Shown here piece after piece: positions 19,849-30,618 of a stretch of DNA of 64,000 bases. Position numbers and translations under genes: made by a program. Source of the DNA: Alphaproteobacteria bacterium (GTDB lineage Bacteria; Pseudomonadota; Alphaproteobacteria; SP197). The stretch lies in NCBI GenBank assembly GCA_965228895.1, contig OZ245842.1:96001-160000 (forward strand). The letters are read 5' to 3'. Numbering within the stretch: position 1 is the first letter of the stretch; each line of letters starts with the position of its first letter. The notes beneath the pieces were generated by a model. It saw only the letters and a program-made list of their open reading frames with translations. It did not search any database and was not told where the DNA came from.

Positions 19849-20553
19849 ATGAAGCAGGTGAAGTGGCGGGCAATCTGGCTGGTCTGCTGGGCGTTGATCC
19901 TGATCGCGGACTTCTTGTTCGGGCTCAGAACGCATCTGTCGTCGCTGATCACCGGCGCCGAACTCGATGAGCCCGACGTGTTTCATTATCGGCTGCAGAC
20001 CGGCCTGCTGGTCGTCTTCGTGGTCGTGGCGCTGGTTCCCGTGGTCTGGCCGCTTCTCCAGCGCTTGTTCGTCGCGACGCCACCGAAAACACCGGTTGAG
20101 ATCGAGCGCGACGAACGGGATTTCAGTCTGGCCGAGGCACTCGGTTACCTCGTCCATCAATCGGCCTGGGGCGCCGGTCGTGACGCCACCGAAGAAGAAG
20201 GGCTTCAGGAAGCCGCCGGGATTGTCGAGGAAGCCGCGCGCAAGGGCCGGATCAGACTACGCGGCGCGCCGCCGGGCGGTGCGTCACGCGAGACCATCAC
20301 CGCCGATTACTGGCTATCTGCCGGCATCGACCTGCCCGCGACGCTCGACGGCTCCGGCAGTGGTGGTCAGACGACCGCACGCGACAAGCAGCAGGGTCGG
20401 CACATCCCGGTCTATCAGGCGCTCGTCGTCGATCGTGACGCCCTTATGAAGCTGTGGCCGCCGGACAATGCCTGGCGGCGTACCAGCAGGGCAACAGCAC
20501 GCGGTCTCGCCCAAAGCGTCAAGCTCGCCAATCGCAAATCGCGCGAGGACTGA
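19849..20553 (+). CDS. Hypothetical membrane protein (two N-terminal TM helices and a soluble C-terminal domain)
   Basis: Hydrophobic segments AIWLVCWALILIADFLFGL and GLLVVFVVVALVPVVWPLL; host-like codon usage. Confidence 0.65.
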   Translation: MKQVKWRAIWLVCWALILIADFLFGLRTHLSSLITGAELDEPDVFHYRLQTGLLVVFVVVALVPVVWPLLQRLFVATPPKTPVEIERDERDFSLAEALGYLVHQSAWGAGRDATEEEGLQEAAGIVEEAARKGRIRLRGAPPGGASRETITADYWLSAGIDLPATLDGSGSGGQTTARDKQQGRHIPVYQALVVDRDALMKLWPPDNAWRRTSRATARGLAQSVKLANRKSRED

Positions 20554-20576
20554 CCGCGGTCGCGGCGCAAACCATC

Positions 20577-22016
20577 CTAATCCATGCCACGGTTTGCCGC
20601 TGGTGGGCGTTTGTCGGCCCACGCTCGGGCGCGTTCCAGGATGGCGCCGAGCCTGAGGACCTCATGGTCCGACCACCAGGGGCCAATGATCTGAAAGCCG
20701 GTCGGCAGGCCGGCTTCGGTGAAGCCGGAAGGCACGCTCAAGGCGGGGTTGCCAGTCAGGTTGAAGGGGTACTGATAGGCAGTCCAGCTTTGGCGTGTAA
20801 TGCCGCAGGGTTCCCCGTTGATGATGACATCGCTGGTTGCGTCGAAGGTCGCTTCGAGCGGCGGGCAGGCGGTGGTCGGCGACATCAGGATGTCGTAGGT
20901 CGAAAACAGGGCCTGGACGCGATGATAGAGGTCGCCGCGCGCGACTTCGGCATCGGCCCGGTCGGCGAGCGTGAAGGCGCCGCCCCATTCGCCGAACGTC
21001 AGAAGCGACGGCGTGAGCTGATCGCGCTGCTCTTGTGTCATCGCCTCGATCATGACGTGGAAGGCGGTTTGATAAAGCACGCGGCCCGGCGGTTCCGCCC
21101 AATCGAAACCGTCGGATATCGGCTCAACGCGAGCGCCCAAATTCTCAAACACGCTGAGCGCGGCTTGTGTGTTGGCCGCGACCTCCGGGTCGATCTCCGG
21201 GTTCGCCATCTTTTCCGCAAAGCCGATGGTCAGGCCCGTGAGGTCGTTGCCGACAAGTGCCGGACAGGGTGCGGCTTGGCCTTGCGCCAGGCTCCAGGGA
21301 TCGCACGCGTCGGGGCCGGCCATGACGTCCAGCATCAAGGCGGCATCGCCGACCGTGCGGGTCATCGGGCCGGTGTACGACTGATTGCCGAAGGGATCGC
21401 CACGCGCCTCGTGCGGGATGCGCCCGCGTGTCGGTTTCAGGCCGACGATACCGGCACTGGCCGCCGGACCACGGATCGAGCCGGCGCCGTCCGTGCCGAC
21501 CGCGAGTGGCGCCAAACCCGCCGCGACGGCCGCCGACGCCCCGCCCGACGAGCCGCCCGGCGTGCGGTCGAGGTCCCAGGGATTGCGGGTGATCCCGGTC
21601 AGCGGGCAGTCGGTCAGGCCCTTGTGGCCGAACTCCGGCGTCGTCGTCTTGCCGACGACGATGGCGCCGGCGGCCTTGAGCCTGGCCACGGCCGGTGCGT
21701 CGTGATCGGCGACCGCCTCGGCGAACAGCCGGGAGCCCTGTTTGTTGTAATGTCCGCCGACGGCCACCAAGTCCTTGACGCTGACCGGAACGCCGTGAAG
21801 CGGTCCGAGATCTTTGCCCTTGGCAACCGCATCCTCGGCGACCTGGGCGGCTTCGAGCGCCTCGTCGGGGGCGAGGCTGACAAAGGCGTTGATGGTGTCC
21901 TGGCTCGCTTCAATTGCCGCCAGGACGGTGCGAACATAGTCGACGGGCGAGAGGTTGCGGCGCCGGATCAGCGCCGCCGCCTCGACCGCCGAGAGATAGA
22001 GGAGATCATCGCTCAT
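20577..22016 (-). CDS. Amidase signature family protein
   Basis: Motifs GPLHGVPVSVKD, GKTTTPEFG, PGGSSGG and GTDGAGSIR. Start trimmed to ATG 22016. Confidence 0.9.
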   Translation of the reverse strand: MSDDLLYLSAVEAAALIRRRNLSPVDYVRTVLAAIEASQDTINAFVSLAPDEALEAAQVAEDAVAKGKDLGPLHGVPVSVKDLVAVGGHYNKQGSRLFAEAVADHDAPAVARLKAAGAIVVGKTTTPEFGHKGLTDCPLTGITRNPWDLDRTPGGSSGGASAAVAAGLAPLAVGTDGAGSIRGPAASAGIVGLKPTRGRIPHEARGDPFGNQSYTGPMTRTVGDAALMLDVMAGPDACDPWSLAQGQAAPCPALVGNDLTGLTIGFAEKMANPEIDPEVAANTQAALSVFENLGARVEPISDGFDWAEPPGRVLYQTAFHVMIEAMTQEQRDQLTPSLLTFGEWGGAFTLADRADAEVARGDLYHRVQALFSTYDILMSPTTACPPLEATFDATSDVIINGEPCGITRQSWTAYQYPFNLTGNPALSVPSGFTEAGLPTGFQIIGPWWSDHEVLRLGAILERARAWADKRPPAANRGMD

Positions 22017-22094
22017 GGCGCCATTGCGCGCCCAGGACCCTGACGCGGTCAAGGGGTTTCAGGCTAGATTACATGTTCCGGGGAGGCGCGCGAC

Positions 22095-23228
22095 GTGACG
22101 ATCAGCGCAGGCGGTTACCAGTTCGACTTCAACAAGGCGGTGCCGATGGACCCGCGCCCGGTCAACGCCCGGCTTCGCGGCAACATCGCGGCCGGCATCC
22201 TGCTGCTGCTGATCGCCATCGTGTGGACCGGCTTCAACCTCTTGATCGGTCAGAGCCTGCTTGAAGAACCTATGCCGATGCCGCTGGTCATGATACCAAT
22301 CCTGCTCGTCGGCCTCGTCTTTTTCGCCTTCGCGCTGCGCATGATCCTCTACAGGCGTGTCGTGACGATCGACCGCGATGTCGTCACCATCGATCAGCGC
22401 AATTGGTTCCGCACAAAACGCCGGCGCGCGGCGCTCGACAGCTATCCCGGCGTGTTGCGCAAGAAGCTGCATTACAGCCGCAACAAGCAGACGCGCGAAG
22501 CGTTCCTCTCGCTGCTCGCCCATGGCGATCGGTCCATGACCGTGGTGCTGGCCGCTTCGCCGGACGAAGCCAAGGGCCGGGAGCAGGCGGAGGCCTACGC
22601 CCGCTGGCTCGACAAGCCGGCGCTGGAGGAAACCGCCGAAGGTTACCTGGCGCGCGACCCCGATGATCTCGACAAACCGCTCGCCCAATTGGTCGCCGAA
22701 GGCAAGATCGTCTCCAGCTATCGATCCGGCAGTACGCCACCGGCCGAAGTGAAGGTCGAGCAGGGCGACGACCTGATTGTCGTCAGCCTGCTCAAAGGAT
22801 CGGTCGCCATGTGGGTCTGGTCGCTGGTCGCCGGCGTCTTTGCCGCGTCGGCCTTTCTCATCATCGGTTTCGTCACCGATCTCGAAGCCCGCATCGCCGG
22901 CGGCGCCGTCGCTTTTCTGGTTCTGGTCGGCGTGCTCTACGCGGCGATCCGGCAGATGCGCACGACCCGCCAGATCCTGCTGCGCCGCGCCAACCTGAGC
23001 CTAGCCAACACCACGAAATCGGGGCCGCAGATCACGGCGACTATGGCGCTGGACGACATCGAGACGATCCGTGTCGCCAAGACCCGATATTCAAGCTGGG
23101 CGCTGCATATCGATACGGACAAGGGTTCGCACGTGACCGGCGAGGGCATGCCGCGCCGCGCGCTCACCTGGGTACAGGACCTGATCATCGCCGCTGTCGC
23201 GACGGCAGGCGGCCAGCGCCCGACATGA
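22095..23228 (+). CDS. Hypothetical membrane protein with an internal duplication (two TM hairpins, each followed by a beta-rich domain)
   Basis: Two pairs of hydrophobic helices, each followed by a basic beta-rich segment. Confidence 0.65.
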   Translation: MTISAGGYQFDFNKAVPMDPRPVNARLRGNIAAGILLLLIAIVWTGFNLLIGQSLLEEPMPMPLVMIPILLVGLVFFAFALRMILYRRVVTIDRDVVTIDQRNWFRTKRRRAALDSYPGVLRKKLHYSRNKQTREAFLSLLAHGDRSMTVVLAASPDEAKGREQAEAYARWLDKPALEETAEGYLARDPDDLDKPLAQLVAEGKIVSSYRSGSTPPAEVKVEQGDDLIVVSLLKGSVAMWVWSLVAGVFAASAFLIIGFVTDLEARIAGGAVAFLVLVGVLYAAIRQMRTTRQILLRRANLSLANTTKSGPQITATMALDDIETIRVAKTRYSSWALHIDTDKGSHVTGEGMPRRALTWVQDLIIAAVATAGGQRPT

Positions 23229-24016
23229 ACCCGTCGCCCGCATTGCGAAGGGCGCTCGCCTATCCGTTCGATCCGCCGGATCATTCCTTTGTTTTTGTCG
23301 CCGGTCAGGGCTATCGCCTGGTTGAGAGCGGGCCCGATCTCTTCTCGGATGCCCGTGTCGAGCGTGATGGCACCCATGTGCATCTTGGCCACACCCTTGC
23401 CGAGCTTGGCGCCGGCGAAACCGATGGCATGGAGCGGCGCACGCCGGTGGTGGGGTATGGCTCCAACGCTTCGGCTGCGCGGCTGGCCGAGAAGTTCGGC
23501 CATGGTCCCGACCACGTCATCCCGGTATTGCGCTGCCGCCTATACGACCACGATGTCGTCTATGCGACGCACTTCGCCAGCTACGGCTCGCTGCCGGCCG
23601 CCGTCTATGCCAGCCTGGATACGGTGGCCGAGGTATCGGTCAGCTTCCTGACCGACCATCAGCTCGACGTCATGCATGCCTCAGAGGGCGAGAACTATCG
23701 CTTCGGCATCCTGGACACGGTGATCGATGTCGAAGGTCTGGGCACCCTCAAGAACCCATCGACCTACATCACCGTCCATGGCGTCTTCGGCCTGGAAGGG
23801 GCGCCCGTCGCGTTGAGCGCCATCAGCGCCCGCAACCGGCGCTTTGCGGCGCGCGATCAGCAGACGGTGTTGGAGGCGGCATGTCGCGCGCTGGGCGGCG
23901 GCGATATCGATGCCTTCGTCTCGGCCATGGTCGCCGACAGAGCCCACCGTCTCGCCCAATGCCGGGCGCTCAGGCGCCATGCCATTTCTCACGAGGATCA
24001 ACCGGCGGCGAGCTGA
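23225..24016 (+). CDS. Hypothetical protein, gamma-glutamylcyclotransferase-like (YGSN motif)
   Basis: ATGA overlap with the upstream gene. [12 protein letters not shown]...[13 protein letters not shown]...[13 protein letters not shown]. Confidence 0.55.
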   Translation: MNPSPALRRALAYPFDPPDHSFVFVAGQGYRLVESGPDLFSDARVERDGTHVHLGHTLAELGAGETDGMERRTPVVGYGSNASAARLAEKFGHGPDHVIPVLRCRLYDHDVVYATHFASYGSLPAAVYASLDTVAEVSVSFLTDHQLDVMHASEGENYRFGILDTVIDVEGLGTLKNPSTYITVHGVFGLEGAPVALSAISARNRRFAARDQQTVLEAACRALGGGDIDAFVSAMVADRAHRLAQCRALRRHAISHEDQPAAS

Positions 24017-24927
24017 CCGACGACAATGGCGACAAACACGATGATGCCGAGCTGGCCGTTCGAAAAGAAGCGTTTCTGGCACGAAGCCGGCTCGTCCAGG
24101 TCGACCGAACGCACCTGCCAGATCAGATGTGCGGCCACCGCGATCAAGACCAGGTAGAACGGCCAAGCTATGCCGGCGGTTAGACCGGCCGCGATCAGGC
24201 CGACCAGGAAGATCCCATAGAACCCGGTGACCCAAGGTTTCGTCTGGTCGCCGAACCGCAGTGCCGTCGACTTGACGCCGACGGCCAGATCATCGGTCTT
24301 GTCCTGGTGCGCATAGATGGTGTCGTAGCCGATCGTCCAGGCGACGCAGCCGGCATAGAGCAGCAGCGCCGGCAGGCCGAGATCACCCTTGACGGCCACC
24401 CAGCCGACCAGCGCCCCCCAATTGAATGTGAGACCAAGGAACAGCTGGGGCCAGTAGGTGATGCGCTTCATGAGGGGGTAAAGCGCCACCAGGCCGAGCG
24501 AGGCGGCGCCGACGATGATGGCGGTGCGGTTGAGCTGCAGCAGAACCGCCAGACCGGCCAGCAGCAACAGGACGAGAAACACCAGGGCCGCCGGCACCGA
24601 GATGACACCGCTCGCCAGTGGGCGGGTCCGGGTCCGCTCGACCAAGGCGTCGACGTCGCGGTCCATGATGTCGTTGATGACACAGCCGGCGACGCGCATG
24701 ACGAAGGCGCCGATCAGAAACAAAATCAGCAGCCGCAGGTCCGGCCAGCCACCGTCAGCGGCCAACGCGGTCGACCACCAGCACGGCCACATCAAGAGCC
24801 AGACGCCGATCGGCCGGTCGACCCGCGACAGCTTCAACCAGGGTTTCAAGCCGTCCGGCGCCCGGCGGTCGACCCATGTCGCGCCCGGCGGGCTCGCAAT
24901 TGATCCTGGACTGTCGTTCGATGACAT
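23998..24927 (-). CDS. ubiA: 4-hydroxybenzoate polyprenyltransferase
   Basis: Motifs [16 protein letters not shown]...[22 protein letters not shown] and YDTIYAHQD. Confidence 0.95.
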   Translation of the reverse strand: MSSNDSPGSIASPPGATWVDRRAPDGLKPWLKLSRVDRPIGVWLLMWPCWWSTALAADGGWPDLRLLILFLIGAFVMRVAGCVINDIMDRDVDALVERTRTRPLASGVISVPAALVFLVLLLLAGLAVLLQLNRTAIIVGAASLGLVALYPLMKRITYWPQLFLGLTFNWGALVGWVAVKGDLGLPALLLYAGCVAWTIGYDTIYAHQDKTDDLAVGVKSTALRFGDQTKPWVTGFYGIFLVGLIAAGLTAGIAWPFYLVLIAVAAHLIWQVRSVDLDEPASCQKRFFSNGQLGIIVFVAIVVGQLAAG

Positions 24928-24969
24928 GGTTTACGCCGGTCCCAACAATCCGGTGCCAGGGAAGTCACC

Positions 24970-25734
24970 ATGCTGCGGATCGACGGCCGGCCCGTCCCAC
25001 GCCTTTTTGTCGAAGCCGGCCTGGCAGGAGGCCACGCGGTGCCGTTGGCCGAGGCGCAGCACCACTACCTCGCACGGGTCATGCGCCTGAAGCAAGGTGA
25101 TGCGATCACGCTGTTCAATGGCCGCGACGGCGAATGGCTGGGGCTGCTGGATAAGGATGGGGTCGCGGTCCAGCGCTGCCTGCGCGATCAGGGCCGCGAA
25201 CCGGATATCTGGCTGGTCTTCGCGCCGATGAAGAAGGAACGCCAGCGCTTCCTGGTCGAAAAAGCGACGGAGCTCGGCGTTTCCGCTCTGGTTCCCGCCG
25301 TGACCGAACACACCAGCGCACCGGCGCTTAGGCAGGACAAACTGCGCGACTGGGCGATTGAGGCAGCCGAACAATGCGGCAGGCTAAGCGTGCCGGACTG
25401 TGCGCCGCCGCAAGCCATGGCTGCAATTCTCGAGGCATGGGACGAGGCGCGTTGCCTCGTCCTGTGCGACGAGACCGGCGGTGGAAAGCCCGCCATGGAG
25501 GTATTTGCCCGTGGCGCCCAGGCGCCCGCGGCCCTTCTGATCGGCCCGGAAGGCGGCTTTTCCGACCGGGAACGCGACCTGATCGCCCAGGTGCCGGTCT
25601 CCGTATCGGTCGGTCTGGGGCCCAGAATCCTGCGTGCGGAGACCGCGGCGACCGTTGCTCTTGCTTGTTGGCAAGCGGCCCAAGGTGACGCTAGGTTAAA
25701 TCCCGCTGTCGCCCAGGACATGAAACTCCCCTGA
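24970..25734 (+). CDS. rsmE: 16S rRNA m3U1498 methyltransferase
   Basis: Motifs [30 protein letters not shown] and [11 protein letters not shown]. Confidence 0.95.
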   Translation: MLRIDGRPVPRLFVEAGLAGGHAVPLAEAQHHYLARVMRLKQGDAITLFNGRDGEWLGLLDKDGVAVQRCLRDQGREPDIWLVFAPMKKERQRFLVEKATELGVSALVPAVTEHTSAPALRQDKLRDWAIEAAEQCGRLSVPDCAPPQAMAAILEAWDEARCLVLCDETGGGKPAMEVFARGAQAPAALLIGPEGGFSDRERDLIAQVPVSVSVGLGPRILRAETAATVALACWQAAQGDARLNPAVAQDMKLP

Positions 25735-25745
25735 GGCCCTATCCT

Positions 25746-27107
25746 TTGTCTATTCCCTCCGCGCTGAACACCACACCGCTCACCGAAAAGAGCCAGCTCA
25801 TCGAGCGGCTGGAGAGCGGCTGTAAACCGCCCGAGACTTGGCGCATCGGCACCGAACACGAAAAGTTCGCCTATGAGGTCGGCACCAACCGTGCGCTGCC
25901 CTATGACGGCGAGAACGGCATCCATGCAATTCTGACCGAGCTGCAACGGTTCGATTGGCAGCCGATCATGGAAGGCGAAACTCTGATCGGCCTGACCAAG
26001 GATGGCCAGAACGTCTCGCTGGAACCGGGCGGCCAAGTGGAGTTGTCGGGCGCACCGCTGTTCGATTTGCACGAGACCTGCCGCGAGGTGAACGCCCACC
26101 TCGACCAGTGCAAGGAAGTCGCCGAGGAACTGGGCGTCTCCTTCCTGGGCCTGGGTTTCCGCCCGGTCGACCGGCGCGAAGACGTGCCATGGATGCCCAA
26201 GGGCCGCTACAAGATCATGCGCGCCTATATGCCGACGGTCGGCGCGCTCGGCCTCGACATGATGCTGCGCACCTGCACGATCCAGGCGAACCTGGACTTT
26301 GGCTCCGAAGCCGACATGGTGAAAAAGTTCCGTGTCGCCCAAGCGTTGCAGCCGGTCGCGACCGCGTTGTTTGCCAACTCGCCGTTTACCGAAGGCAAAC
26401 CCAACGGCTTCTTGAGCTATCGCGCGCAGGTCTGGACCGACACGGACAACGAGCGAAGCGGCATTCTGCCGTTTGTCTTGGACGAAGGGTTCGGCTTCGA
26501 ACGTTATGTCGATTATGCGCTCGACGTGCCGATGTATTTCGTCATGCGCGACGGCCAATACATCGACGCGTCCGGCCAGTCGTTCCGTGATTTCCTGAAC
26601 GGCAAGCTGCCCGCGCTGCCCGGCGAGATTCCGACGGTCAGCGATTGGGAAGATCATTTGACCACCTTGTTCCCGGATGTCCGCATCAAGCGCTACATGG
26701 AGGTGCGCGGCGCCGACGGTGCCAGCTGGCGGCGGATCTGCGCGCTGCCGGCGCTGTGGGTCGGCATCTTCTATTCGGCGACCGAACTCGACGCCGCCTG
26801 GGACATGGTCAAGGACTGGACCTGGGAAGAACAGCTTGCCATGAAAGCCGACGTGCCGGCTTGGGGTCTCAGAGCCTCGTTCCGTGATGGCACGGTGCAA
26901 GACGTCGCCAAGCGCGTGCTCGACATCGCGGCAGAGGGCCTCAAGCGGCGCGCCATCTTCGACGGCAGCCTGGACGAGGTCCATTTTCTCGACTCGCTGA
27001 TGGAGATTGTCGAGTCCGGAAAGACACCCGCCGACATCCTGCTCGAACAGTATCACGGGCCGTGGCGCGGCAGCGTCGATCCCGTGTTCACCGAATACGC
27101 TTTTTGA
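25746..27107 (+). CDS. gshA: Glutamate-cysteine ligase (alphaproteobacterial/plant type)
   Basis: Motifs [38 protein letters not shown] and EVRGAD. Confidence 0.93.
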   Translation: MSIPSALNTTPLTEKSQLIERLESGCKPPETWRIGTEHEKFAYEVGTNRALPYDGENGIHAILTELQRFDWQPIMEGETLIGLTKDGQNVSLEPGGQVELSGAPLFDLHETCREVNAHLDQCKEVAEELGVSFLGLGFRPVDRREDVPWMPKGRYKIMRAYMPTVGALGLDMMLRTCTIQANLDFGSEADMVKKFRVAQALQPVATALFANSPFTEGKPNGFLSYRAQVWTDTDNERSGILPFVLDEGFGFERYVDYALDVPMYFVMRDGQYIDASGQSFRDFLNGKLPALPGEIPTVSDWEDHLTTLFPDVRIKRYMEVRGADGASWRRICALPALWVGIFYSATELDAAWDMVKDWTWEEQLAMKADVPAWGLRASFRDGTVQDVAKRVLDIAAEGLKRRAIFDGSLDEVHFLDSLMEIVESGKTPADILLEQYHGPWRGSVDPVFTEYAF

Positions 27108-27141
27108 AGTTTCGACAAACCGTGTCTTGGAGGACGCCAGC

Positions 27142-27531
27142 ATGCTGAAACGATTCACACCTGACGGCATCGCAGCGCCGTTCTCGAACTACAGTCACGG
27201 CGTCGTCGTGCCGTCGGGCATGCGCTTGCTCTATCTCGCTGGTCAGGTCGGTATCACACCCGACGGCACGGTGCCCGACGATCCGGCTGAGCAGAGCGAC
27301 CTCGCGTTTTCCAACATGCTGGCAATCATGGCGGCCGAAGGCATGGGGCCCGGCGATCTTGTCGAGGTCACGGCCTATGTCGTCGGCGCCGAACACATGG
27401 CGGCGGTACGCGCGGCGCGTGAGAAGGCGTTGGGCGATGTCGCGCCAGCCTCGACCATGATCTTCGTTGCCGCGCTTGCGGCACCATCCATGATGATCGA
27501 GATCAAGGGCGTCGCGGCGAAAGCCGATTGA
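27142..27531 (+). CDS. Rid (YjgF/RidA) family protein of the Arg-lacking type
   Basis: GGAGG then ATG 27142. YSHG...LYLAGQVG...APASTMIFVAALA...IEIKGVAA. Confidence 0.85.
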   Translation: MLKRFTPDGIAAPFSNYSHGVVVPSGMRLLYLAGQVGITPDGTVPDDPAEQSDLAFSNMLAIMAAEGMGPGDLVEVTAYVVGAEHMAAVRAAREKALGDVAPASTMIFVAALAAPSMMIEIKGVAAKAD

Positions 27532-27556
27532 CCCAGCAAAAGGGGAAGGAGAAGCC

Positions 27557-27955
27557 ATGACGATCAAGCGCTACAATCCCGACACGGTCTATAAGCCGGT
27601 CGCGGCTTATCATCAGAACACCGAAGTTGAAGCCGGCGCGCGCTGGCTGGTCGCCGCCGGTCAGGTCGGCATCGAGCCTGACGGCACCTTCATCAAGGAC
27701 CCCGAAGGCCAGATCAAACAGACATGGCGGAATGTGCGCGCGGTGATCGAGGCGGCCGGCATGACGCCCGACGACATCGTCAAGCTGACGATCTTCATGA
27801 CGCCGAACGTCGCCGACAAACTGGCCTATAGCCGTGAATGCCGCGCCGAGGCGCTTGGCGACGGCAAACCATCGGCGACGCTGGTCTATGTCGCCGGCCT
27901 TGCGGATCCCGACATGGTGATCGAGGTCGACGTCATGGCCGCCACCAAAGCCTGA
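27557..27955 (+). CDS. Rid (YjgF/RidA) family protein of the Arg-lacking type
   Basis: AGQVG...Q...DIVKLTIF...KPSATLVYVAGLA...IEVDVMAA. Confidence 0.85.
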   Translation: MTIKRYNPDTVYKPVAAYHQNTEVEAGARWLVAAGQVGIEPDGTFIKDPEGQIKQTWRNVRAVIEAAGMTPDDIVKLTIFMTPNVADKLAYSRECRAEALGDGKPSATLVYVAGLADPDMVIEVDVMAATKA

Positions 27956-27965
27956 GCGGCAACCG

Positions 27966-28886
27966 CTAACGCTCCGCCGCGGCCTCACGCGCCCGCCGCG
28001 GCCGGTTGACGACGACTTCAACCAGCCCGGCGGAGATCACCAGGGCCGTGCCGGTCGCCTCCATCCAGCCGAAGGGTTCGGTGGTCAAGATGGCGGCGCT
28101 GGCGATGCCGAAGATCACCTCGGCCTGAAACAGGATCCCGACCCGGCCCGGGTCGACCAGCCGGACCGCATAGAGCTGCATACACATGACCGGGATCAGG
28201 AAGGCGACCGCGATCAACAGCAGCCAGGGCAGCAGGTTGATGGTCTGAGACATCGAAGGCGGCTGGCCGAGCGCATCGATCGGCAGCAAGGTGACGGCCA
28301 GGCCGATCAGCGCCGCGGCCATGAAGAACGAAAAGACATTCTCGAACATGCCGACGCCGGGCGTCATGCGGATGCGGGTCGAGCCATAGGCCCAGAACAG
28401 GCCCGACAGCAGCGCCATCCAGTCGCCGGTATTGCGTGGAATGGGAATACTGCCGTCACCGCCAAGGATGACATAGAGCCCGGCCAGCCCAAGAAAGATC
28501 GCCAGGACGCGCGGAAAGGTAAGCCGCCGCTTCATCAAGGTGATCTCGAAGATCGTCGCCCAGGCCGGCGAGACGTAGAACAGGATGAGCGCCCTGGCGA
28601 CCTCAGTCAGCACCAGGCTGTCGGCATAGAGCACGAAGGCGCCGCCGGTGAAGATGGCGGTCTTCCAGGATGCCAGACCGGTCGGCTTGCTTTGCGTTGC
28701 GCGCCAGATCGCGATCGGCAGCAGCACGATGAACGGCGTCAGGAACTGGCCGACACCGGCCCAGGCGGCATCGAGGCCGGCGTCGCGGAACTCGCGCATC
28801 GGGATCCAGAACACGCCCCAACACGCCGCCGACACGACCAACATCACGGAAGGCAGCCATTGGCTGCGCTCAATCGGTGCGCTCAT
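27966..28886 (-). CDS. DMT/EamA family transporter
   Basis: About 10 TM helices with WG, LILFYVSPAW and GDW patterns. Confidence 0.85.
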   Translation of the reverse strand: MSAPIERSQWLPSVMLVVSAACWGVFWIPMREFRDAGLDAAWAGVGQFLTPFIVLLPIAIWRATQSKPTGLASWKTAIFTGGAFVLYADSLVLTEVARALILFYVSPAWATIFEITLMKRRLTFPRVLAIFLGLAGLYVILGGDGSIPIPRNTGDWMALLSGLFWAYGSTRIRMTPGVGMFENVFSFFMAAALIGLAVTLLPIDALGQPPSMSQTINLLPWLLLIAVAFLIPVMCMQLYAVRLVDPGRVGILFQAEVIFGIASAAILTTEPFGWMEATGTALVISAGLVEVVVNRPRRAREAAAER

Positions 28887-29175
28887 TTACGTTCGGCTCG
28901 GCACTGTGGTGTTCGTGGGCGCGGCAGCAGTCAAAGTCGGCATGATCCCTGCAGGCAACTTGCCGGATTTCCAATCTGGTCAGCGATGACGTGGGAAGAC
29001 ACAGCGTCCACGGACCGTTTGAGAACCCCCAAGCTACTCGGGAAGTTGCTGTCGGGCCAGTCTGCGGCGGCGATGACCGCTCCAGGCCCCTTGATGGCGC
29101 GCTCTATGCGTCGTTCCTAGCCGGTGCTGGCAAGGACGGCGGGTGGGTTCAAAGGCGGTCCTGGCGGCCTAACCT

Positions 29176-30618
29176 TTACGCCGCTTCCGCCGCATCGGTG
29201 CCGCCGACCGTCAGGCCTTCGATCAGCATGGTCGGTTGGCCGACGCCGACCGGCACACCTTGGCCGTTCTTGCCGCAGGTGCCGATGCCGGGATCAAGCG
29301 CCATGTCGTTGCCGATGGCGGCAACCTTGGTCAGGACATCCGGACCGTTGCCGATCAGCGTCGCGCCCTTGACCGGGCTGGTCGGCTTGCCGTCCTCGAT
29401 CAGATAGGCCTCGGCCGCGGAAAACACGAACTTGCCGTTGGTGATGTCGACCTGACCGCCGCCGAAATTGACGGCATAGAGCCCTTTCTTGACCGACCCG
29501 ATGATTTCCTCGGGGTCGCGGTCACCGTCCAGCATGTAGGTGTTGGTCATGCGCGGCATCGGCTGGTGCGCAAAGCTCTGACGCCTGCCGTTGCCGGTCG
29601 GCGCGTGGCCCATCAGGCGCGCGTTCATGCGGTCGTGCATATAGCCGGTCAGGATGCCGTCTTCGATCAGCACGGTGCGCTCGCTGGGTGTGCCCTCGTC
29701 GTCGATGGTCAGCGAGCCCCGGCGCGATTCGATGGTGCCGTCGTCGACCACGGTGACGCCCGGCGCGGCAATCCGCTCACCCAGAAGGCCGGAGAACGCC
29801 GACGTCTGCTTGCGGTTGAAATCGCCTTCCAGCCCATGGCCGATCGCCTCGTGGAGCAGAATGCCGGGCCAGCCGGGACCCAGCACCACCGGCATCTCAC
29901 CCGCCGGCGCCGCCACGGCGTCCAGATTGACCAATGCCTGGCGCAGCGCTTCGTCGACCTGGGCCTGCCAGTGTTCGGTGACAACGAAGTCCTTATAGAG
30001 GGTTCGGCCGCCGGTGCCGTGCCCGCCGGACTCCATGCGCCCGCCGTCGGCGGCGATGACCTGGACGTTGAGGCGGACCAAGGGCCGGACATCGGTCATC
30101 AGGCGCCCATCCGCGCGCATGATGGCAACCACCTGCCAGTTGCCGGAAAGCGACGCCATGACCTGATGGACCCGAGGGTCCAACCCTCGGGCATAGGCGT
30201 CGATATCCTGCAGCAGCTTAACCTTGTCTTCGAACGCCATTTCGGCCAGCGGGTTGACCTCGTCATAGAGTTTGCGGTTGGTCGGCACCGGCGCCTCGCC
30301 TTTGACGCCGCTGCGCCCATCGACCGCCTTGACGGTCGCCACGGCGCGCTTGATGGCCGCCTCCGACACCTCGGAAGCGTGAGAATAGGCGGTCGCCTCG
30401 CCGACGACGCGGCGCAGACCGATGCCCTGACTGGTGTCGAAGCTGGCCGTCTTCAGCTTGCCGTCGTCGAAAGCAAGCGATTCGGACTGGACATACTCCA
30501 TGAACAGCTCGCCATCGTCGGCAGCGCCCAGCGCGTCCCCCACCAACTGCTCGATACGTCCCTCGTCCAGGTCGTTTCGGGTGAAAAACAACTCGTGCGG
30601 TGTACGGTATTGCGACAT
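29176..30618 (-). CDS. tldD: TldD metalloprotease
   Basis: Motifs LHEAIGHGLEGDFNRK, DDEG, PRMTNT and GTCGKNGQGVPVG. AGGAG lies 6 nt before ATG 30618. Confidence 0.95.
   Translation of the reverse strand: MSQYRTPHELFFTRNDLDEGRIEQLVGDALGAADDGELFMEYVQSESLAFDDGKLKTASFDTSQGIGLRRVVGEATAYSHASEVSEAAIKRAVATVKAVDGRSGVKGEAPVPTNRKLYDEVNPLAEMAFEDKVKLLQDIDAYARGLDPRVHQVMASLSGNWQVVAIMRADGRLMTDVRPLVRLNVQVIAADGGRMESGGHGTGGRTLYKDFVVTEHWQAQVDEALRQALVNLDAVAAPAGEMPVVLGPGWPGILLHEAIGHGLEGDFNRKQTSAFSGLLGERIAAPGVTVVDDGTIESRRGSLTIDDEGTPSERTVLIEDGILTGYMHDRMNARLMGHAPTGNGRRQSFAHQPMPRMTNTYMLDGDRDPEEIIGSVKKGLYAVNFGGGQVDITNGKFVFSAAEAYLIEDGKPTSPVKGATLIGNGPDVLTKVAAIGNDMALDPGIGTCGKNGQGVPVGVGQPTMLIEGLTVGGTDAAEAA

Noticed and set aside
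28890-29175. Riboswitch or gene remnant upstream of the DMT transporter
   Set aside because: No match by eye to SAM-II/SAM-V, TPP, cobalamin, FMN or guanidine consensus. An open minus-strand frame exists but has no clear start or motif.
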